A stretch of DNA of 64,000 bases from Eledone cirrhosa. Taxonomy: Eukaryota. The stretch lies in NCBI GenBank assembly GCA_964016885.1, contig OZ024743.1, forward strand, positions 137,454,001-137,518,000, given 5' to 3'. The position numbers were made by a program, and so were the translations under genes. Below, piece by piece: positions 24,101 to 37,250 of the stretch. A model generated the notes under the pieces. The model was not told where the DNA came from and did not search any database. It saw only the letters and a list, made by a program, of their open reading frames with translations. Positions within the stretch are counted from its first letter, which is position 1. Each line of letters begins with the position of its first letter.

Positions 24101-27100
24101 GGTGTTAGGTGTTTGGTGCTTCATGCTTGGTGCTTGGTGTTTGGTGCTTGGTGCTTGGTGTTTGGTGCTTGGTGCCTGGTGCAAGGTGTTTGTTGCTTGG
24201 TGCTTGGTGTTTGGTGTTTGGTGCTTGGTGTTTGGTGCTTGGTGCTTGGTGCTTGGTGTTAGGTGTTAGGTGTTTGGTGCTTGGTGCTTGGTGTTTGGTG
24301 CTTGGGGCTTGGTGTTTGGTGTTTGGTGCTTGCTGCTTGCTGCTTGGTGTTTGGTGCTTGGTGATTGGTGCTTGGTGTTTGGTGCTTGGTGCTTGGTTTG
24401 GTGTTTTGTGCTTGGTGCTTGGTGCTTGGTGCTTGGTGTTTGGTGCTTGGTGTTTGGTGCTTGGTACTTGGGGCTTGGTGTTTGGTGCTTGGTGCTTCGT
24501 GCTTGGTGTTTGCTGCTTGGTGCTTGGTGTTTGGTGCTTGGTCTTTGGTGCTTGGTGTTTGGTGCTTGGTGCTCGGTGCTTGGTCTTAGGTGTTAGGTGT
24601 TTGGTGCTTGGTGCTTGGTGTTTGGTGCTTGGTGCTTGGTGTTTGGTGTTTGGTGCTTGCTGCTTGCTGCTTGGTGTTTGGTGCTTGGTGATTGGTGCTT
24701 GGTGTTTGGTGCTTGATGCTTGGTTTGGTGTTTGGTTCTAGGTGCTTGGTGCTTGGTGCTTGGTGCTTGGTGCTGGGTGGTTGGCGTTCGGTGCTTGGTG
24801 CTTGGTGTTTGGTGCTTGGTGCTTGATGCTTGGTGCTTGGTGCTTGGTGTTTGGTGCTTGGTGCTTGGTGCTTGGTCTTTGGTGCTTGGTGTTTGGTGTT
24901 TGGTGCTTGGTGCTTGGTGTTTGGTGCTTGGTGCTTGGTGATTAGTGTTTGGTGCTTGGTGCTTGGGGTTTGGTGTTTGGTGCTTGGTGCTTGGTGTTTG
25001 GTGCTTGGTGCTTGGTGTTTGGTGCTTGGTGTTTGGTGTTTGCTGTTTGGTGTTTGGTGTTTGGTGTTTGCTGTTTGCTGTTTGGTGTCTGCTTTTTGGT
25101 GTTTGGTGTTTGCTGTATGGTGTTTGCTGTTTCGTGTTTATTGTTTGCTGTTTGGTGTTTGGTGTTTGGTGTTTGGTGTTTCCTGTTTGGTCTTTAGTTT
25201 TTGGTGCTTGGTGTTTGGTGCTTGGTGCTTGGTATTTGGTGTTTGGTGCTTGGTGCTTGGTGCTTGTTTTTTCGTGCTGCGTGCTTGGTGTTTGGTGTTT
25301 GGTGCTTGGTGCTTGGTGTTTGGTGTTTTGTGTTTGATGCTTGGTGCTTGGTGTTTGGTGTTTGGTGCTTGGTGTTTGGTGCTTGGTGCTTGGTGCTTGG
25401 TGTTTGGTGCTTAGTGCTTAGTGCTTGGTGCTTGGTGCTTGGTGTTTGGTGTTTACTGTTTGCTGTTTGCTGTTTGGTGTTTGCTGTTTGGTGCTTGCTG
25501 TTTGGTGCTTGGTGTTTGGTGCTTGCTGTTTTGTGTTTGGCGCTTGGTGCTTGGTGTTTGGTGCTTGGTGCTTGGTTCTTGGTGCCTGGTGTTTGGTGTT
25601 TTGGTGTTTGGTGCTTGGTGTTTCGTGCTTGGTGCTTGGTGCTGGGTGTTTGGTGCTTGGTGCTTGGTGTTTGGTGCATGGTGCTTGGTGCTTGGTTTTT
25701 GTCTCTTGGTGCTTGGTACTTGGTGTCTGGTGCTTGGTGTTTGGTGTTTGGTGCTTGGTGCTTGGTGCTTGGTGTTTGGTGTTTGCTGTTTGCTGTTTGG
25801 TGTTTGCTGTTTGCTGTTTGCTGTTTGGTGTCTGCTTTTTGGTGTTTGGTGTTTGCTGTATGGTGTTTGCTGTTTCATGTTTGGAGTTTGCTGTTTGCTG
25901 TTTGGTTTTTCCTGTTTGCTGTTTGGTGTTTGGTGCTTGGTGCTTGGTACTTGATGTTTGGTGTTTGGTGCTTGGTGTCTGGTGTTTGGTGCTTGGTGTT
26001 TAGTGTTTGGTGCTTGGTGCTTGGTGTTTGGTGTTTGGTGCTTGGTGCTTGGTGTTTGGTGTTTGTTGCTAGGTGTTTCGTGTTTGGTGTTTGGTGCTTG
26101 GTGTTTGGTGCTTGGTGCTTGGTGTTTTGTGTTTGGTGTTTGGTGCTTGGTGTTTGGTGTTTGGTGTTTGATGCTTGGTGTTTGATGCTTGGTGCTTGGT
26201 GCTTGGTGCTTGGTGTTTGGTGCTTGGTGCTTGGTGTTTGTACTTGGTGCTTGGTGCTTGGTGTTTGGCGCTTGGTTCTTGGTGTTTGGTGCTTGGTGTT
26301 TGGTGCTTGGTGCTTGGTGCTTGGTGTTTGGTGTTTGGTGCTTGGTGTTTGGTGCTTGGTGCTTTGTGCTTGGTGGATGGTGTTAGGTGTTTGGTGCTTG
26401 GTGCTTGGTGTTTTGTGCTTCGTGCTTGGTGCTTGGTGTTTGGTGCTTGGTGTTTGGTGCTTGGTGCCTGGTGCTTGGTGTTTGGTGCTTTGTGCTTGGT
26501 GATTGGTGCTTGGTGCTTGGTGTTTGGTGTTTGGTGCTTGGAGCTTGGTGTTTGGTGATGCGTGCTTGGTGCTTGGTGCTTCGTGCTTGGTGTTTTGTGT
26601 TTGGTGTTTGATGCTTGGTGTTTGGTGTTTGGTGCTTGGTGCTTGGTGTTTGGTGTTTGATGCTTGGTGCTTGATGCTTGGTGCTTGGTGCTTGGTGTTT
26701 GGTGCTTGGTGCTTGGTGTTTGTACTTGGTGCTTTGTGCTTGGTGTTTGGTGCTTGGTGTTTGGTGCTTGGTGCTTGGTGCTTGGTGCTTGGTGTTTGGT
26801 GTTTGGTGCTTGGTGTTTGGTGCTTGGTGCTTGGTGCTTGGTGTTAGGTGTTTGGTGCTTCATGCTTGGTGCTTGGTGTTTGGTGCTTGGTGATTGGTGT
26901 TTGGTGCTTGATGCCTGGTGTTTGGTGTTTGGTGCTTGCTGCTTGCTGCTTGGTGTTTGGTGCTTGGTGATTGGTGCTTGGTGTTTGGTGCTTGGTGCTT
27001 GGTGTTTGGTGTTTGGTGCTAGGTGCTTGGTGCTTGGTGCTTGGTGTTTGGTGCTTGGTATTTGGTGCTTGGTACTTGGGGCTTGGCGTTTGGTGCTTGG

Positions 27101-30100
27101 TGCTTCGTGCTTGGTGTTTGGTGCTTGGTGTTTGGTGTTTGGTGCTTGGTGTTTGGTGCTTGGTGCTTGGTGCTGGGTGGTTGGCGTTCGGTGCTTGGTG
27201 CTTGGTGTTTGGTGCTTGGTGCTTGGTGTTTGGTGCTTGGTGTTTGGTGTTTGCTGTTTGGTGTTTGGTGTTTGGTGTTTGGTGTTTGCTTTTTGCTGTT
27301 TGGTGTCTACTTTTTGGTGTTTGGTGTTTGCTGTATGGTGTTTGCTGTTTCGTGTTTATTGTTTGGTGCTTGGTACTTGGGGCTTGGTGTTTGGTGCTTG
27401 GTGCTTGGTGCTTCGTATTTGGTGTTTGGTGCTTGGTGCTTGGTGTTTGGTGCTTGGTGCTTGGTGCTTGTTGTTTGGTGTTTGGTGTTTGGTGTTTGGT
27501 GCTTGGTGCTTGGTGTTTGGTGCTTGGTGCTTGGTGTTTCGTGCTGCGTGTTTGGTGTTTGGTGCTTGGTGCTTGGTGCTTGGTGCTTGGTGTTTGGTGA
27601 TTGGTGCTTGGTGTTTGGTGCTTGGTGCTTGGTGTTTGGTGCTTGGTGCTTGGTGCAGGTGTTTGGTGCTTAGTGCTTAGTGCTTGGTGCTTGGTGCTTG
27701 GTGTTTGGTGTATGCTGTTAGCTGTTTGCTGTTTGCTGTTTGCTGTTTGCTGTTTGCTGTTTGGTGTTTGGGGTTTGGTGTTTGCAGTTTGGTGCTTTGT
27801 GTTAGGTGCTTGGTGCTTGGTGTTTTGTGTTTGGTGCTTGGTGCTTGGGGCTTGGTGTTTGGTGCTTGGTGCTTTGTTCTTGGTGCTTGGTGTTTGGTGT
27901 TTGGTGTTTGGTGCTTGGTGTTTGGTGCTTGGTGCTGGGTGTTTGGTGCTTGGTGCTTGGTGCATGGTGCTTGGTGCTTGGTGTTTGTCGCTTGGTGCTT
28001 GGTGCTTGGTGTTTGGTGCTTGGTGTTTGGTGTTTGGTGCTTGGTGCTTGGTGCTTGGTGTTTGGTGTTTGCTGTTTGCTGTTTGGTGTTTGGTGTTTGC
28101 TCTTTGCTGTTTGGTGTCTGCTTTTTGGTGTTTGGTGGTTGCTGTATGGTGTTTGCTGTTTCATATTTGGAGTTTGCTGTTTGCTGTTTGGTGTTTCCTG
28201 TTTGCTGTTTGGTGTTTGGTGCTTGGTGCTTGGTGCTTGGTGTTTGGTGTTTGGTGCTTGGTGCCTGGTGCTTGTTGTTTGGTGTTTGGTGCTTGGGGCT
28301 TGATGTTTGGTGTTTGGTGCTTGGTGTCTGGTGTTTGGTGCTTGGTGTTTGGTGTTTGGTGCTTGGTGCTTGGTGCTTGGTGTTTGGTGCTTGGTTCTTG
28401 GTGTTTGGTGTTTGGTGCTTGGTGTTTGGTTTTTGGTGCTTGGTGCTTGGTGTTTGGTGCTTGGTGCTTGGTGCTTGGTGTTTGGTGCTTGGTGCTTGGT
28501 GTTTGGTGCTTGGTTCTTGGTGTTTGGTGCTTGGTGTTTGGTGCTTGGTGCTTGGTGTTTGGTGCTTGGTGCTTTGTGCTTGGTGGTTGGTGTTAGGTGT
28601 TTGGTGCTTGGTGCATGGTGTTTTGTGCTTCGTGCTTGGTGCTTGGTGTTTGGTGCTTGGTGCTTGGTGTTTGGTGCTTGGTGCCTGGTGCTTGGTGTTT
28701 GGTGCTTGGTGCTGGTGTTTTGTGCTTGGTTCTTGGTGTTTGGTGCTTGGTGTTAGGTGCATGGTGCTTGGTGTTTGGTGCTTGGTGCTTGGTGTTTGGT
28801 GTTTGGTGCTTGGTGTTTGGTGCTTGGTGCTTGGTGTTAGGTGTTTGGTGCTTGGTGTTTGGTGTTTGGTGCTTCATGCTTGGTGCTTGGTGTTTGGTGC
28901 TTGGTGCTTGGTGTTTGGTGCTTGGTGCCTGGTGCATGGTGTTTGGTGCTTGATGCTTGGTGTTTGGTGTTTGGTGCTTGGTGTTTGGTGTTTGGTGCTT
29001 GGTGTTTGGTGCTTGGTGCTTGGTGCTTGGTGTTAGATGTTAGGTGTTTGGTGCTTGGTGCTTGGTGTTTGGTGCTTGGTGCTTGGTGTTTGGTGTTTGG
29101 TGCTTGCTGCTTGCTGCTTGGTGTTTGGTGCTTGGTGATTGGTGCTTGGTGTTTGGTGCTTGGTGTTTGGTGCTTGGTACTTGGGGCTTGGTGTTTGGTG
29201 CTTGGTGCTTCGTGCTTGCTGTTTGGTGCTAGGTGCTTGGTGTTTGGTGTTTGGTGCTTGGTGTTTGGTGCGTGGTGCTTGGTGCTGGGTGGTTGGCGTT
29301 CGGTGCTTGGTGCTTGGTGTTTGGTGCTTGGTGCTTGGTGTTTGGTGCTTGGTGCTTGGTTCTTGGTCTTTGGTGTTTGGTGTTTGGTGCTTGGTGCTTG
29401 GTGTTTGGTGCTTGGTGCTTGGTGATTAGTGTTTGGTACTTGGTGCGTGGGGTTTGGTGTTTGGTGCTTGTTTTTTGGTGCTTGGTGCTTGGTGCTTGGT
29501 GTTTGGTGCTTGGTGTTTGGTGTTTGCTGTTTGGTGTTTGGTGTTTGGTGTTTGGTGTTTGCTGTTGGCTGTTTGGTGTCTGCTTTTTGGTGTTTGGTGT
29601 TTGCTGTATGGTGTTTGCTGTTTCGTGTTTATTGTTTGCTGTTTGGTGTTTGGTGTTTGGTGTTTGGTGTTTCCTGTTTGGTCTTTAGTCTTTGGTGCTT
29701 GGTGTTTGGTGCTTGGTGCTTGGTATTTGGTGTTTCGTACTTGGTGCTGGTGTTTGGTGCTTCGTGCTTGGTGTTTCGTGCTGCGTGCTTGGTGTTTGGT
29801 GCTTGGTGCTTTTTGCTTGGTGTTTGGTGTTTGATGCTTGGTGCTTGGTGCTTGGTGTTTGGTGTTTGGTGCTTGGTGTTTGGTGCTTGGTGCTTGGTGC
29901 TTGGTGTATGGTGCTTAGTGCTTGGTGTTTGGTGCTTGGTGCTTGGTGTTTGGTGTTTGCTGTTTGCTGTTTGGTGTTTGGTGTTTGGTGTTTCCTGTTT
30001 GGTCTTTAGTTTTTGGTGCTTGGTGTTTGGTGCTTGGTGCTTGGTATTTGGTGTTTGGTGCTTGGTGCTTGGTGTTTGGTGGTGGTGCTTGGTGCTTGTT

Positions 30101-32750
30101 GTTTGGTGTTTGGTGTTTGGTGTTTGGTGCTTGGTGTTTGGTGTTTGGTGTTTGATGCTTGGTGTTTGATGCTTGGTGATTGGTGCTTGGTGTTTGGAGC
30201 TTGGTGCTTGGTGTTTGTACTTGGTGCTTGCTGCTTGGTGTTTGGTGCTTGGTTCTTGGTGTTTGGTGTTTGGTGCTTGGTGTTTGGTGCTTGGTGCTTT
30301 GTGCTTGGTGGTTGCTGTTAGGTGTTTGGTGCTTGGTGCTTGGTGTTTTGTGCTTCGTGCTTGGTGCTTGTTGCTTGGTGCTTGGTGCTTGGTGTTTGGT
30401 GTTTGGTGCCTGGTGCTTGGTGTTTGGTGCTTGGTGCTTGGTGTTTGGTGTTTGGTGCTTGGTGCTTGGTGTTAGGTGTTTGGTGCTTGGTGCTTGGTGT
30501 TTGGTGTTTGGTTCTTGGTGCTTGGTGTTTGGTGCTTGGTGCTTGCTACTTGGTGTTTGGTGCTTGGTGATTGATGCTTGGTGTTTGGTGCTTGGTGCTA
30601 GGTGTTTGGTTTTTGGTGCTAGGTGCTTGGTGCTTGGTGTTTGGTGCTTGGTGTTTGGTGTTTGGTGCTTGGTGCTTGGTGCTTGGTGTTTGGTGCTTGG
30701 TGCTGGGTGGTTGGTGTTTGGTGCTTGGTGCTTGGTGTTTGGTGCTTGGGGCTTGGTGCTTGGTGTTTGGTGCTTGGTGCTGGGTGGTTGGTGTTTGGTG
30801 CTTGGTGCTTGGTGCTTGGTGCTTGGTGCTTGGTGTTTGGTGCTTGGTGCTTGGTGCATTGTGATTAGTGTTTGGTGCTTGGTGCTTGGGGTTTGGTGTT
30901 TGGTGCTTGGTGCTTGGTGTTTGGTGCTTGGTACTTGGTGTTTGGTGCTTGGTGTTTGCTGTTTGCTGTTTGCTGTTTGGTGTTTGGTGTTTGCTGTTTG
31001 CTGTTTGGTGTCTGCTTTTTGGTGTTTGGTGTTTGCTCTATGGTGTTTGCTGTTTCATATTTGGTGTTTGCTGTTTGGTGTTTGGTGTTTGCTGTTTCGT
31101 GTTTATTGTTTGCTGTTTGGTGTTTGGTGCTTGGTTCTTGGTGTTTGGTGTTTGGTGCTTGCTGCTTGGTGTTTGGTGTTTGGTGCTTGGTGCCTGGTGC
31201 TTGTTGTTTGGTGATTGGTGCTTGGTGTTTGCTGTTTGGTGCTGCGTGCTTGGTGCTTGCTGCTTGGTGCTTGGTGTTTTGTGTTTGGTGTTTGATGCTT
31301 GGTGTTTGGTGTTTGGTGCTTGGTGCTTGGTGTTTGGTGTTTGATGCTTGGTACTTGATGCTTGGTGCTTGGTGCTTGGTGTTTGGTGCTTGGTGCCTGG
31401 TGCATGGTGTTTGTTGCTTGGTGCTTGGTGTTTGGTGCTTGGTGCTTGGTGTTTGGTGTTTGGTGCTTGCTTCTTGCTGCTTGGTGTTTGGTGCTTGGTG
31501 ATTGGTGCTTGGTGTTTGGTGCTTGGTGCTTGGTTTTTGGTGCTTGGTGCTTGGTGTTTGGTGTTTGGTGCTTGCTGCTTGCTGCTTGGTGCTTGGTGAT
31601 TGGTCCTTGGTGTTTGGTGCTTGGTGCTTGGTGTTTGGTGTTTGGTGCTAGGTGCTTGGTGCTTGGTGCTTGGTGTTTGGTGCTTGGTGTTTGGTGCTTG
31701 GTACTTGGGGCTTGGTGTTTGGTGCTTGGTGCTTCGTGCTTGGTGTTTGGTGCTTGGTGCTTGGTGTTTGGTGTTTGGTGCTTGGTGTTTGGTGCTTGGT
31801 GCTTGGTGCTGGGTGGTTGGCGTTTGGTGCTTGGTGATTGGTGTTTGGTGCTTGGTGCTTGGTGCTTGGTGTTTGGTGCTTGGTGCCTGGGGCTTGGTCT
31901 TTGGTGCTTGGTGTTTGGTGTTTGGTGCTTGGTGCTTGGTGTTTGGTGCTTGGTGCTTGGTGATTAGTGTTTGGTGCTTGCTGCTTGGGGTTTGGTGTTT
32001 GGTGCTTGGTGCTTGGTGTTTGGTGCTTGGTGTTTGGTGTTTGGTGCTTGGTGTTTGGTGTTTGCTGTTTGGTGTCTGCTTTTTGGTGTTTGGTGATTGC
32101 TGTATGGTGTTTGCTGTTTCGTGTTTATTGTTTGCTGTTTGGTGTTTGGTGTTTGGTGTTTGGTGTTTCCTGTTTGGTCTTTAGTCTTTCGTGCTTGGTG
32201 TTTGGTGCTTGGTGCTTGGTATTTGGTGTTTGGTGCTTGGTGCTTGGTGTTTGGTGCTTGGTGCTTGGTGCTTGTTGTTTGGTGTTTGGTGTTTGGTGTT
32301 TGGTGTTTGGTGCTTGGTGCTTGGTGTTTGGTGCTTGGTGTTTCGTGCTGCGTGCTTGGTGTTTGGTGCCTGGTGCTTGGTGCTTGGTGTTTGGTGCTTG
32401 GTGCTTGGTGTTAGGTGTTTGGTGCTTGGTGCTTGGTGTTTGGTGTTTCGTTCTTGGTGCTTGGTGTTTGGTGCTTGGTGCTTGCTGCTTGGTGTTTGGT
32501 GCTTGGTGTTTGGTGCTTGGTGTTTGGTGCTTGGTGTTTGGTGTTTGGTGCTAGGTGCTTGGTGCTTGGTGCTTGGTGTTTGGTGCTTGGTGTTTGGTGC
32601 TTGGTACTTGGGGCTTGGTGTTTGGTGTTTGGTGCTTGCTGCTTGCTGCTTGGTGCTTGGTGATTGGTCCTTGGTGTTTGGTGCTTGGTGCTTCGTGCTT
32701 GGTGTTTGGTGCTTGGTGCTTGGTGTTTGGTGTTTGGTGCTTGGTGTTTG
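9300..32750 (+). repeat. 8670-bp HOR (X 2148 bp + Y 6522 bp) arranged X-Y-Y-X-Y(partial)
   Basis: Offsets of 8670 (9528/18198, 19007/27677, 21245/29915, 23297/31967) and 15192 = 8670+6522 (10002/25194, 11652/26844). The match to the previous copy ends near 32750. Confidence 0.88.
12377..25451 (+). repeat. Near-perfect 6522-bp tandem pair (segment Y twice)
   Basis: Identical ORF translations at a constant 6522 offset: 12485/19007, 14723/21245, 16999/23521, 17587/24109, 18308/24830. Confidence 0.92.
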
Positions 32751-33649
32751 GTGCTTGGTGCTTGGTGCTGGGTGGTTGGCGTTTGGTGCTTGGTGCTTGG
32801 TGTTTGGTGCTTGGTGCTTGGTGCTTGGTGTTTGGTGCTTGGTGCCTGGTGCTTGGTCTTTGGTGCTTGGTGTTTGGTGTTTGCTGCTTGGTGCTTGGTG
32901 TTTGGTGCTTGGTGCTTGGTGATTAGTGTTTGGTGCTTGCTGCTTGGGGTTTGGTGTTTGGTGCTTGGTGCTTGGTGTTTGGTGCTTGGAGTTTGGTGTT
33001 TGGTGCTTGGTGTTTGGTGTTTGCTGTTTGGTGTTTGGTGTTTAGTGTTTGGTGTTTGCTGTTTGCTGTTTGGTGTCTGCTTTTTGGTGTTTGGTGTTTG
33101 CTGTATGGTGTTTGCTGTTTCGTGTTTATTGTTTGCTGTTTGGTGTTTGGTGTTTGGTGTTTGGTGTTTCCTGTTTGGTCTTTAGTCTTTGGTGCTTGGT
33201 GTTTGGTGCTTGGTGCTTGGTATTTGGTGTTTGGTGCTTGGTGCTTGGTGTTTGGTGCTTGGTGCTTGGTGCTTGTTGTTTGGTGTTTGGTGTTTGGTGT
33301 TTGGTGCTTGGTGCTTGGTGTTTGGTGCTTGGTGCTTGGTGTTTCGTGCTGCGTGCTTGGTGTTTGGTGCCTGGTGCTTGGTGCTTGGTGTTTGGTGTTT
33401 GGTGCTTGGTGTTTGGTGCTTGGTGCTTGGTGCTTGGTGTTTGGTGCTTGGTGCTTGGTGCTTGGTGTTAGGTGTTTGGTGCTTGGTGCTTGGTGTTTGG
33501 TGTTTGGTTCTTGGTGCTTGGTGTTTGGTGCTTGGTGCTTGCTGCTTGGTATTTGGTGTTTGGTGCTTGGTGTTTGGTGTTTGGTGCTTGGTGCTTGGTG
33601 CTTGGTTTTTGGTGCTTGGTTCTTGGTGCTTGGTGTTTGGTGTTTGGTG

Positions 33650-36600
33650 TTTGGTGCTTGGTGTTTGGTGCTTGGTGCTTGGTGCTGGGTGTTTGGTGCT
33701 TGGTGCTTGGTGTTTGGTGCATGGTGCTTGGTGCTTGGTGTTTGTCGCTTGGTGCTTGGGGCTTGGTGTTTGGTGCTTGGTGTTTGGTGTTTGGTGCTTG
33801 GTGCTTGGTGCTTGGTGTGTGGTGTTTGCTGTTTGCTGTTTGGTGTTTGGTGTTTGCTGTTTGCTGTTTGGTGTCTGCTTTTTCGTGTTTGGTGTTTGCT
33901 GTATGGTGTTTGCTGTTTCATGTTTGGAGTTTGCTGTTTGCTGTTTGCTGTTTCCTGTTTGCTGTTTGGTGTTTGGTGCTTGGTGCTTGGTGCTTGGTGT
34001 TTGGTGTTTGGTGCTTGGGGCTTGATGTTTGGTGTTTGGTGCTTGGTGTCTGGTGTTTGGTGCTTGGTGCTTGGTGATTAGTGTTTGGTGCTTGCTGCTT
34101 GGGGTTTGGAGTTTGGTGCTTGGTGCTTGGTGTTTGGTGCTTGGTGTTTGGTGTTTGGTGCTTGGTGTTTGGTGTTTGCTGTTTGGTGTTTGGTGTTTGG
34201 TGTTTGGTGTTTGCTGTTTGCTGTTTGGTGTCTGCTTTTTGGTGTTTGGTGTTTGCTGTATGGTGTTTGCTGTTTCGTGTTTATTGTTTGCTGTTTGGTG
34301 TTTGGTGTTTCCTGTTTGGTCTTTAGTCTTTGGTGCTTGGTGTTTGGTGCTTGGTGCTTGGTATTTGGTGTTTGGTGCTTGGTGCTTGGTGTTTGGTGCT
34401 TGGTGCTTGGTGCTTGTTGTTTGGTGTTTGGTGTTTGGTGGTTGGTGCTTGGTGCTTGGTGTTTGGTGCTTGGTGCTTGGTGCTTGGTGTTTCCTGCTGC
34501 GTGCTTGGTGTTTTGTGCCTGGTGCTTGGTGCTTGGTGTTTGGTGTTTGGTGCTTGGTGTTTGGTGCTTGGTGCTAGGTGCTTGGTGTTTGGTGCTTAGT
34601 GCTTGGTGTTTGGTGCTTGGTGCTTCGTGTTTGGTGTTTGCTGTTTGCTGTTTGGTGTTTGCCGTTTGCTGTTTGGTGTTTGCTGTTTGGTGTTTGGTGT
34701 TTGGTGCTTGCTGTTTGGTGCTTGGTGTTTGGTGCTTGGTGCTTGGTGTTTTGTGTTTGGTGCTTGGGGCTTGATGTTTGGTGATTGGTGCTTGGTGTTT
34801 GGTGCTTGGTGCTTGGTGCTGGGTGTTTGGTGCTTGGTGCTTGGTGCTTGGTGTTTGGTGCATGGTGCTTGTTGCTTGGTGTTTGTCGCTTGGTGCTTGG
34901 TGCTTGGTGTTTGGTGCTTGGTGTTTGGTGTTTGGTGCTTGGTGCTTGGTGCTTGGTGTTTTGTGTTTGTTGTTTGCTGTTTGGTGTTTGGTGTTTGCTC
35001 TTTGCTGTTTGGTGTCTGCTTTTTCGTGTTTGGTGTTTGCTGTATGGTGTTTGCTGTTTCATGTTTGGTGTTTGGTGCTTGGTGCTTGGTGCTTGGTGTT
35101 TGGTGTTTGGTGCTTGGTGTTTGGTGCTTAGTGCTTTGTGTTTGGTGTTTGGTGCTTGGTTCCTGGTGCTTGTTGTTTGGTGCTTGGTGCTTGGTGCTTG
35201 GTGTTTTGTGTTTGTTGTTTGCGGTTTGGTGTTTGGTGTTTGCTCTTTGCTGTTTGGTGTCTGCTTTTTCGTGTTTGCTGTTTGCTGTTTGGTGTTTCCT
35301 CTTTGCTGTTTGGTGTTTGGTGCTTGGTGCTTGGTGCTTGGTGTTTGGTGTTTGGTGCTTGGTGTTTGGTGCTTAGTGCTTGGTGTTTGGTGTTTGGTGC
35401 TTGGTGCCTGGTGCTTGTTGTTTGGTGTTTGGTGCTTGGTGCTTGATGTTTGGTGTTTGGTGCTTGGTGTCTGGTGTTTGGTGCTTGGTGTTTGGTGTTT
35501 GGTGCTTGGTGCTTGGTGTTTGGTGTTTGGTGCTTGGTGCTTGGTGTTTGGTGTTTTGTGCTTGGTGTTTGGTGCTTGGTGCTTGGTGTTTGGTGTTTGG
35601 TGCTTGGTGCTTGGTGTTTGGTGTTTGATGCTTGGTGTTTCATGCTTGGTGCTTGGTGCTTGGTGTTTGGTGCTTGGTGCTTGGTGTTTGTACTTGGTGC
35701 TTGGTGCTTGGTTTTTGGTGCTTGGTTCTTTGTGCTTGGTGTTTGGTGTTTGGTGTTTGGTGCTTGGTGTTTGGTGTTTGGTGCTTGGTGCTGGGTGTTT
35801 GGTGCTTGGTGCTTGGTGTTTGGTGCATGGTGCTTGGTGCTTGGTGTTTGTCGCTTGGTGCTTGGTGCTTGGTGTTTGGTGCTTGGTGTTTGGTGTTTGG
35901 TGCTTGGTGCTTGGTGCTTGGTGTGTGGTGTTTGCTGTTTGCTGTTTGGTGTTTGGTGTTTGCTGTTTGCTGTTTGGTGTCTGCTTTTTCGTGTTTGGTG
36001 TTTGCTGTATGGTGTTTGCTGTTTCATGTTTGGAGTTTGCTGTTTGCTGTTTGCTGTTTCCTGTTTGCTGTTTGGTGTTTGGTGCTTGGTGCTTGGGGCT
36101 TGATGTTTGGTGTTTGGTGCTTGGTGTCTGGTGTTTGGTGCTTGGTGCTTGGTGATTAGTGTTTGGTGCTTGCTGCTTGGGGTTTGGAGTTTGGTGCTTG
36201 GTGCTTGGTGTTTGGTGCTTGGTGTTTGGTGTTTGGTGCTTGGTGTTTGGTGTTTGCTGTTTGGTGTTTGGTGTTTGGTGTTTGGTGTTTGCTGTTTGCT
36301 GTTTGGTGTCTGCTTTTTGGTGTTTGGTGTTTGCTGTATGGTGTTTGCTGTTTCGTGTTTATTGTTTGCTGTTTGGTGTTTGGTGTTTCCTGTTTGGTCT
36401 TTAGTCTTTGGTGCTTGGTGTTTGGTGCTTGGTGCTTGGTATTTGGTGTTTGGTGCTTGGTGCTTGGTGTTTGGTGCTTGGTGCTTGGTGCTTGTTGTTT
36501 GGTGTTTGGTGTTTGGTGGTTGGTGCTTGGTGCTTGGTGTTTGGTGCTTGGTGCTTGGTGCTTGGTGTTTCCTGCTGCGTGCTTGGTGTTTTGTGCCTGG

Positions 36601-37250
36601 TGCTTGGTGCTTGGTGTTTGGTGTTTGGTGCTTGGTGTTTAGTGCTTGGTGCTAGGTGCTTGGTGTTTGGTGCTTAGTGCTTGGTGTTTGGTGCTTGGTG
36701 CTTCGTGTTTGGTGTTTGCTGTTTGCTGTTTGGTGTTTGCCGTTTGCTGTTTGGTGTTTGCTGTTTGGTGTTTGGTGTTTGGTGCTTGCTGTTTGGTGCT
36801 TGGTGTTTGGTGCTTGGTGCTTGGTGTTTTGTGTTTGGTGCTTGGGGCTTGATGTTTGGTGTTTGGTGCTTGGTGTTTGGTGCTTGGTGCTTGGTGCTTG
36901 GTGCTTGGTGTTTGGTGCTTGGTGTTTGGTGTTTGGTGCTTGGTGCTTGGTGCTTGGTGTTTTGTGTTTGTTGTTTGCTGTTTGGTGTTTGGTGTTTGCT
37001 CTTTGCTGTTTGGTGTCTGCTTTTTCGTGTTTGGTGTTTGCTGTATGGTGTTTGCTGTTTCATGTTTGGTGTTTGGTGCTTGGTGCTTGGTGCTTGGTGT
37101 TTGGTGTTTGGTGCTTGGTGTTTGGTGCTTAGTGCTTGGTGTTTGGTGTTTGGTGCTTGGTGCCTGGTGCTTGTTGTTTGGTGTTTGGTGCTTGGGGCTT
37201 GATGTTTGGTGTTTGGTGCTTGGTGTCTGGTGTTTGGTGCTTGGTGTTTG
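33650..37250 (+). repeat. ~2078-bp imperfect tandem duplication
   Basis: ORF pairs 34029/36107, 34081/36159 and 34330/36408 are offset by 2078. The marker GGGGTTTGGAGTTTGG is in both copies. Confidence 0.8.
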
